Both the position numbers and the translations under genes were made by a program. Below the pieces are notes generated by a model. That model was given only the letters and a program-made list of their open reading frames with translations, had not been told where the DNA came from and did no database searches. A DNA stretch of 64,000 nucleotides from Myxococcota bacterium (GTDB lineage Bacteria > Myxococcota_A > UBA9160 > SZUA-336): assembly GCA_965247115.1 (NCBI GenBank), contig CBDFGR010000002.1:256001-320000 (forward strand). Reading direction: 5' to 3'. This document shows, one piece after another, positions 58,089-64,000 of this stretch (position 1 is the stretch's first letter; the number at the start of each line of letters is the position of its first letter).

Positions 58089-58512
58089 TGGACGGTCCGC
58101 CCCGGTCGGGCCTGGCTCCCCTCCAGGAGCCGAAGCTGGCCGCCTCTGCAATCCAGCGCCTGAGGATCTGTCTCTGTTCCTGGGAGAGCGCGTTGCCATC
58201 TACTGGCATGAAGTCGAAGTCTTCCGTGGGCAGCCCGGTCCGGATGTAGAGGGAGCTCTCGTCCGGCTGGCCGGGAACCACTACCGGGCCGAGATCGCCA
58301 CCCCGCAGGATCCCCTCGGGAGAATCGAGACGCAGATTCGCGTAGTGCTGCAGCCCGTGGCAGGAGACACAGCTCTGCTCGAGGATTGGCCAGACCTGCT
58401 GTTCGAAGCTGACTGGCTCCTTCCCGGCTGCGAGAGTACCCAGACCGAGACCCAGCAGGGTGGCCGTTCTCCGCAGCAAGGTCGCACTGTGGCTTGCGAA
58501 GGAGTTCTTCAT
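58081..58512 (-). CDS. Small monohaem cytochrome c (planctomycete-type domain)
   Basis: CVSCHG, LRLDS, PGQPDESSL, MP, WIAE. Confidence 0.85.
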   Translation of the reverse strand: MKNSFASHSATLLRRTATLLGLGLGTLAAGKEPVSFEQQVWPILEQSCVSCHGLQHYANLRLDSPEGILRGGDLGPVVVPGQPDESSLYIRTGLPTEDFDFMPVDGNALSQEQRQILRRWIAEAASFGSWRGARPDRGGPSND

Positions 58513-58573
58513 CGATCGCAGCTGAGCCACTCCAGAGGGGCTTGACGAAGAGTCGGAGGCAACCCTCCCGGCT

Positions 58574-58972
58574 CTAGCCGGTCCCGGCCATCGCCGCCTC
58601 GATCTTGTGGCCGTCCGGATCGCGCACGAAGCAGCCGTAGTAGTCCTCGCCGTAGTCCGGGCGCGGACCCGGCCCCCCATCGTCCCGGGCGCCCGCGCTG
58701 ATGGCCGCATCGTGGAAGGCCTGCACCTCCTCCTTCGAGGTTGCGATGAACCCGACGTGGCTTCCGTTGGCTGGCGCGGCCGGCTGCCCGTCGGAAGGAC
58801 TCTGCACCCAGAACTCCGGGAACTGCTTGCCGTAGGCAACCGCTCCGGGAAAGTCCAACACGCGCTTGCAGCCGAGAGTTGCCAGCACTCGATCGTAAAA
58901 GGCCGTCGCCCGCTCGAAGTCGTTCGTGCCAATGGAGATGTGCGATAGGATGCTCGGATTCTCGTCAGGCAT
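58574..58972 (-). CDS. VOC family protein
   Basis: HISIGTND, YYGCFVRDPDGHKIEA. Confidence 0.92.
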   Translation of the reverse strand: MPDENPSILSHISIGTNDFERATAFYDRVLATLGCKRVLDFPGAVAYGKQFPEFWVQSPSDGQPAAPANGSHVGFIATSKEEVQAFHDAAISAGARDDGGPGPRPDYGEDYYGCFVRDPDGHKIEAAMAGTG

Positions 58973-59175
58973 GCTCTCCACCCGTCAGCTGTCGGACAAC
59001 CATCCCTGCCCGGTGGGGTGAGCGTACACTACCATCTGCTATTCCCCCTCGCAGACGAAGCTGGCTTCGTCATCGCTGCTCCCGTCACCCCTGTAAGCCA
59101 TCACTTGCGGATGCGGCTGTCGGCTCGCTACTCCGTTCGGTGCAGAAAACGCTCGTATCGCCTGGCTTGACGCGG

Positions 59176-60075
59176 TCAGCTCTTCCGGTTGGTCTCGAGC
59201 ATCTGGGCTGCGCGACCGAGGTAGTCGTTCAGCTGCTTGTCGTGGCGGCTCGTGGCTCCTGGGTTGCGTTCGCGTGAGTACGGCGCCCACCGGGGCAAGG
59301 CGCCCTCCGGCCGATCACCCATCACGGTCACACGCTGGATGATCCGCTCTTCGGCGAAGTCGTTGACCAGGAAGTGCTGTGTGCAGCGGTTGTCCCATAC
59401 CGCCACGGTCCCCTTCGTCCAGTGATAGCGAACCGTGAAGCGCGGATTCGAGACCCACTTCGTGAGATAGCCGAGCAAGAGATCGCTCTCCTCTTGACTC
59501 AGCTCGACGATCCGGCGCGTGAAGTGCTCGTTCACGAACAGCGACTTCCGCTTCGTAACGGGATGCACGCGCACTACCGGATGCACCGTCATCAACTCCG
59601 GCTTGCCGTGTGGCGACGCGTCGTGCAGCGCCGTCAGCCCCTCGCACAGATCCCGGAGCGGTGCGGAGAGCTCTTCGAATGCCAGGTACATGTTCGCCCA
59701 CATCGTGTCCCCGCCGACCTCGGGACAGCGCACCATGTTCAGGATCGAGCAGACCGACGGCTGGGCCTGGAACGTAATGTCGCTGTGCCATTCGTCCGCG
59801 ATCCCACCCCGACTGGCCGCAAGCTCGAAGACCTCGTCGTGCTCCGTGAACGGATTCCGCAGATTTGGATGCCCCTCGAGCGGCCCGAAGTGCCGCCCAA
59901 ACGCCACGTGCTCGTCGATCGTCAAATGCTGCTCCGGAAAGAGCAAAACGAGGTGCTCCGTGAGAAGCGACTGGACCTCGTCCACGTCCGCCTCGTCTGC
60001 GCTCCCCAGCGAGATCCCCCGGACCTCCGCCCCCAGAGCCGGCGCCAGCCGTGCAGCCTCTAGCTTCCTGTCCAT
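59176..60075 (-). CDS. TauD-family dioxygenase
   Basis: WHSDIT, GGDTMWA, HPVVRVHP, WDNRCTQH. Confidence 0.94.
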   Translation of the reverse strand: MDRKLEAARLAPALGAEVRGISLGSADEADVDEVQSLLTEHLVLLFPEQHLTIDEHVAFGRHFGPLEGHPNLRNPFTEHDEVFELAASRGGIADEWHSDITFQAQPSVCSILNMVRCPEVGGDTMWANMYLAFEELSAPLRDLCEGLTALHDASPHGKPELMTVHPVVRVHPVTKRKSLFVNEHFTRRIVELSQEESDLLLGYLTKWVSNPRFTVRYHWTKGTVAVWDNRCTQHFLVNDFAEERIIQRVTVMGDRPEGALPRWAPYSRERNPGATSRHDKQLNDYLGRAAQMLETNRKS

Positions 60076-60250
60076 GGCAGGCTCCTTCTCGAGCTCGTCG
60101 AATGCGTCACCCTAGCAGGTTCCGGCGGTCGGCCGCCCGTGCCGCGATGCGCGACTGCTCAAGACAATCCCTACATCGCGAGCGGCCGCGTCTACGAAGT
60201 CATGAGGGGGAACTAGCGAGCGGTCGATCCCAGGCCCCTCCACGAGGATC

Positions 60251-61141
60251 TCAACCCTCGATCAGCCGGCCCCGTTCGTCGCGTAGCTCTGGACCTTCGA
60301 CGCGGGCGCGACCGTCACCGAATTTCTCGTCTCGCGCCTGTAGCGCCGCGCGAAGTCCTTGCTCTTGCGCAGTGACCTGGAACTCGCGAGCGCTCGGGGC
60401 CAGGTGTGCCCGGGCGTCGTTCTCGCACGCGATCCGCTGGAGCGTGCGCGCCCCCATCAGCTCGAGACCGACGTTGATGATCCGCTTGTTCGCAGAGAGC
60501 AGCGCCGGATCGATCTTTTCGAGCCGATCCAGCAGGCCTTCGACCTCCTGCTCCAGGAGATCCGCCGGTACCGCCTTGAGCACCAACCCGATCTTTGCCG
60601 CCTCTGCCCCGGTGACGGTGTCCCCCGTCAGCGTGAGCCGCTTGGCCCACTGCGGGCCGACGTTATAGAGCCACATGTTGTTCGGAAGCGCGCCAAGGTC
60701 GCGCGCCGGCGGGAAGCCAAAGACTGCATCGTCCGCGGCAATCACCATGTCGCACAGGAGGGCCACATCGGTGCCTCCTGCCAGGCAGTAGCCGTGCACC
60801 TGGGCGATGACGGGCTTGTGCATGTCGAAGATGGCCATGCGCAGGCGCTGTGCGCGCTCGAGCTGCCAGGTGTCGTCGTCGAAGCTGCGCGCACCTCGAT
60901 GCCGCGAGTCGTCTCCGTTACTCCTCGGACGGGGCGTCAAGTCGTAGCCAGCGCTGAAGGCCCGGCCCCGGCCGCGCACGACGACGGCGTGAACCTGGGT
61001 GTCGTTGTCGGCCGCCCACAGCGCCTCGTTCAACTCCTCGAGCAGCTCGCCGGACAGCGCGTTCAGCTTCTCCGGCCGGTTGAGCGTGATGCGGGCACGG
61101 CCGCGTTCGACCTCGTAGAGGATGGTCCGGAAATCGCTCAT
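60251..61141 (-). CDS. Enoyl-CoA hydratase/crotonase family protein
   Basis: LNRPEKLNA, FSAGYDL, HGYCLAGG. Confidence 0.93.
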   Translation of the reverse strand: MSDFRTILYEVERGRARITLNRPEKLNALSGELLEELNEALWAADNDTQVHAVVVRGRGRAFSAGYDLTPRPRSNGDDSRHRGARSFDDDTWQLERAQRLRMAIFDMHKPVIAQVHGYCLAGGTDVALLCDMVIAADDAVFGFPPARDLGALPNNMWLYNVGPQWAKRLTLTGDTVTGAEAAKIGLVLKAVPADLLEQEVEGLLDRLEKIDPALLSANKRIINVGLELMGARTLQRIACENDARAHLAPSAREFQVTAQEQGLRAALQARDEKFGDGRARVEGPELRDERGRLIEG

Positions 61142-61270
61142 CGTGTCTCCCGTCGGTAGTGTGATCCCATTCTACCCGGACCGGACGAGTGGCAGGGCCG
61201 ATAGGTCCGGCGGTCCGCCGTCCAGTTCCTGATACAATCTGCGGCGCATGCATGGAGCTCCCCGACGGAG

Positions 61271-61702
61271 GTGCCTTCGTTGACGCAAACAGACCAAAAG
61301 CCCAAACCGCGCGCGTCAGATGTTGAACGATTTGTCGACAGCGTCCAACACCCGGGTCGTCGCGAAGACGCGCGCGTGCTCCTCGACCTCATGCAGGAGG
61401 TCACAGGAGAGCCGCCGGCGAGACACGGATCTGCCATCGGCTTCGGGAGCTATCACTACCGCTACGAAAGCGGCCGTGAAGGTGATTCCGTGCTCGTCGG
61501 GTTCGCGCCACGGAAGGCCAACATGGTTGTCTACATCATGCCGGGCTTTTCCGAGTATGGAGATCTGCTGTCAAAACTCGGGAAGCATCGAACCGGGAAG
61601 TCCTGTCTGTATCTCGGAAGGCTCGATGCCATCGACCTGAAGGTTCTACGGCGCCTGATCAAACAATCAGTGAGCTTCATGCGGCGTAAATACCGTCGCT
61701 GA
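61271..61702 (+). CDS. DUF1801 family protein
   Basis: GFGSYHYRYESGREG, GFAPRK, LGKHRTGKSCLY. Confidence 0.88.
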   Translation: MPSLTQTDQKPKPRASDVERFVDSVQHPGRREDARVLLDLMQEVTGEPPARHGSAIGFGSYHYRYESGREGDSVLVGFAPRKANMVVYIMPGFSEYGDLLSKLGKHRTGKSCLYLGRLDAIDLKVLRRLIKQSVSFMRRKYRR

Positions 61703-61713
61703 GCAATCGCGGT

Positions 61714-62241
61714 TTGAAGCCAGAGGTCACACTCGCAGGGGATGGATTCCAGCTTCGGGCGTGGGAGCTGGACGATGCCCCGTCGGTGGCCAGGTACGCG
61801 AACAACCGCAAGGTCTGGATCAACCTCACCGACCGCTTCCCCCATCCCTACGACCTCGAGAACGCACGCGAGTGGCTTCGTCGGCACGAGACGGGGGAGG
61901 ATCCGGAGCTCGCCTTCGCGATCCAGATCGGGGATGAGGCCGTCGGATCGATCGGCGTGCTGCGCAAGGACGACCTCGAGGTGCGGGTCGGGGAGATCGG
62001 CTACTGGCTCGGCGAGCCCTTCTGGGGCCGGGGGATCGCGACGAGCGCAGTAACGCTCGTCACGGACTATGGATTCGCGAACCTGGACCTGGTGCGGATC
62101 TACGCGACCGTACTCGAGTGGAATCTCGCGTCGGCGCGCGTACTGGAAAAGGCGGGTTACGAGCTCGAGGCCACGCTTCGCAAGGGCGCCTTCAAGGACG
62201 GCAAGGTCGTCGACTCGCTGCTGTATGCGCGAGTGCGCTAG
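61714..62241 (+). CDS. RimJ/RimL GNAT acetyltransferase
   Basis: EIGYWLGEPFWGRGIAT, NLASARVLEKAG. Confidence 0.92.
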   Translation: MKPEVTLAGDGFQLRAWELDDAPSVARYANNRKVWINLTDRFPHPYDLENAREWLRRHETGEDPELAFAIQIGDEAVGSIGVLRKDDLEVRVGEIGYWLGEPFWGRGIATSAVTLVTDYGFANLDLVRIYATVLEWNLASARVLEKAGYELEATLRKGAFKDGKVVDSLLYARVR

Positions 62242-62348
62242 CGCTCAGGCAGCCTACGCCCAATCCGACGAGGAAAGACAAATGAAATCAAACGATCGTG
62301 ATGGAGGTGGCGGGAATCGAAGACCGTGCCGCCGCCGAACCTCTACCG

Positions 62349-62357
62349 TGCTATAAC
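62349..62357 (+). promoter_or_regulatory. Extended -10-like element
   Basis: TG-C-TATAAC about 30 bp before the cyclase ATG. Confidence 0.4.
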
Positions 62358-62385
62358 CGCAGACTCGGTTCGTAGCCGCCCATTC

Positions 62386-64000
62386 ATGCCTGACACCATG
62401 CCTGCCACGCTCGGCACCTCGAATCCCGCGATCCGCACGCTGTTGCTGTGCGATCTCGTCGCCAGCACGCAACTCGTCGAGCGCATCGGGGACTCGACCG
62501 CTGCCGATTTGCTGGCGCGTCATGACCGCTTCGCACGTGACCTCGTGTCCACGTTCAACGGCAGAGAAATCGACAAGAGCGATGGCTTCCTCCTGCTGTT
62601 CGAGCGGCCCATCGAGGCGGTTCGTTTCGCGCTCGCCTATCAAGCCAAGCTGCGCGAGCTTGGCGCCGTGTTCGATTCGGCCATGGCCTCGCGGGTCGGT
62701 ATTCACCTCGGCGAAGTTGTGCTTCGCGAGAACCCGCCCGAGGATGTGGCGCGCGGCGCGAAGCCTCTGGAGGTCGAGGGACTGGCCAAAGCGGTTGCAG
62801 CGCGTGTCATGTCTCTTGCGGGCAACGGACGCATCTTGCTCACCCGTGCAGCGTACGACTTCGCACGGCGCGCCTCGGTGGGCATGAAGGATGAATCGCC
62901 GCTGCGTTGGGCCGAGCATGGGCGCTATCGCCTTGCCGGGGTCGAGGATCTCGTCGAGGTGTGCGAGGTCGCGGAGCCGGGGGGAGGAGACCTGGCGCGG
63001 CCACCCGACTCGGAGAAAGCGCATCGTGCAGTCGATGAAGATCCGCCGCCAGCTGTCCTCGATGCTGCACAGTCCGTGGCGCTCTCGACCGATCATGCGA
63101 ATACGACTGTGTCCGCGGAGCCCGTTCTCGCCGTCCTGGCCTTCGACAACCTATCGAGCGATCCCGAGATGCAGTTTTTCTCGGACGGCGTCAGCGAGGA
63201 GATCATTCAGCGCCTGTCACGCGGGGCAAAGCTCAAGGTGATCGGCCGTACGTCGAGCTTCCAGTTTCGCGGCGAACGCAAGGCCGAAGCGGCGCGGAGC
63301 CTCGATTGCTCTCACGTCCTCGATGGCTCCATCCGCCGGGCCGGAGGGCGCGCGCGCATCAGTGCACATCTGGTCGAGGCGTCGTCGCGGACCACGTTAT
63401 GGTCGGAGCGCTACGACCGCAGCCTGGAGGACATATTCGCCGTCCAGGATGAGATATCCGAGAGCATCGCCGGCGCGCTCGATCAGGCGTTCTCCAGCTT
63501 CTCGACCAGCGCCGTCGACCCGGCCGTCTACGACCTCTATCTGCGCGCCAGCCCGAAATCCTACGCGCCGGACGAGCTGCGGACCCAGGTCGGCCTTCTG
63601 GAGGTCGTCACCCAGAGCGCGCCGCATTTTGTGGAGGCCTGGGGCCGGCTGGCGTACTTGCGGGCCTTTCTGCACTTCTATCAGCCCTTTTCCGATCGCG
63701 CCGCGAGCGCCGGCCTGGTAGCGGCCGAGGCGGCCCGCGCCCTGGCGCTCGATCCGCAGAACGTCGATGCCATGTGGGGCCAGCTCTTCGTGATCCCGCC
63801 GTTCGGACGGTTCGTCGAGGGCGACGCGGTCGTGGAGCGCATACGACAGGCGCCCGGTCCAGGCGATGGCGGTCGGTACATCGGCTGGTACCTCCGGACG
63901 ATGGGTCGGGTTCGCGAAAGCCTCGAAGAGACAGAGCGCGCATATCGCTTGGACGCGCTGGATCCGATGTCCGCGAATGGCCTCGCGCTCGCGAGAATGG
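62386..64000 (+). CDS. Class III adenylate/guanylate cyclase-domain protein with TolB-like and TPR region (partial)
   Basis: Not in ORF track because no stop in window; TLLLCDLVAST, GREIDKSDGFLLLF, RVGIHLGEV, then LAVLAFDNLS..FFSDGVSEEII. Confidence 0.88.
   Translation, partial: MPDTMPATLGTSNPAIRTLLLCDLVASTQLVERIGDSTAADLLARHDRFARDLVSTFNGREIDKSDGFLLLFERPIEAVRFALAYQAKLRELGAVFDSAMASRVGIHLGEVVLRENPPEDVARGAKPLEVEGLAKAVAARVMSLAGNGRILLTRAAYDFARRASVGMKDESPLRWAEHGRYRLAGVEDLVEVCEVAEPGGGDLARPPDSEKAHRAVDEDPPPAVLDAAQSVALSTDHANTTVSAEPVLAVLAFDNLSSDPEMQFFSDGVSEEIIQRLSRGAKLKVIGRTSSFQFRGERKAEAARSLDCSHVLDGSIRRAGGRARISAHLVEASSRTTLWSERYDRSLEDIFAVQDEISESIAGALDQAFSSFSTSAVDPAVYDLYLRASPKSYAPDELRTQVGLLEVVTQSAPHFVEAWGRLAYLRAFLHFYQPFSDRAASAGLVAAEAARALALDPQNVDAMWGQLFVIPPFGRFVEGDAVVERIRQAPGPGDGGRYIGWYLRTMGRVRESLEETERAYRLDALDPMSANGLALARM

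Overview
High-GC bacterial chromosome window; the gene content suggests a Myxococcota-like host, which is an inference only. Bases 1 to ~23380 are one arm of a temperate prophage. It has a leftward head/packaging operon (gpA-type TerL, P22-type portal, scaffold, N4-gp56/DUF4043-type capsid, adaptor, start of a fibre-like gene). It also carries a cargo block between TerS and TerL with an Acb2/Tad1-like sponge domain, a replication initiator with internal 21-bp-phased iterons, a cro/cI switch with five operator-like boxes, RecE/RecT-like genes, Xis and a tyrosine integrase. The prophage ends at an orphan tRNA-Arg(CCG)-like 3' half fused into the 3' end of a host yihY-family gene, and both the int and yihY ORFs read across this junction. 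Bases ~23.3-64 kb are host metabolic/transport genes (CoA transferases, MFS, P450, ABC pair, fhs, acyl-CoA dehydrogenase, sulfatase, UvrD-like helicase, TauD x2, Tat-exported DSD1/FAD-oxidase/cytochrome c cluster, cyclase). This part is interrupted by an HNH-nuclease gene bracketed by two covarying 20-bp palindromes (a candidate REP-like mobile unit) and by two gene remnants. All family calls come from motif recognition by eye, not database searches.
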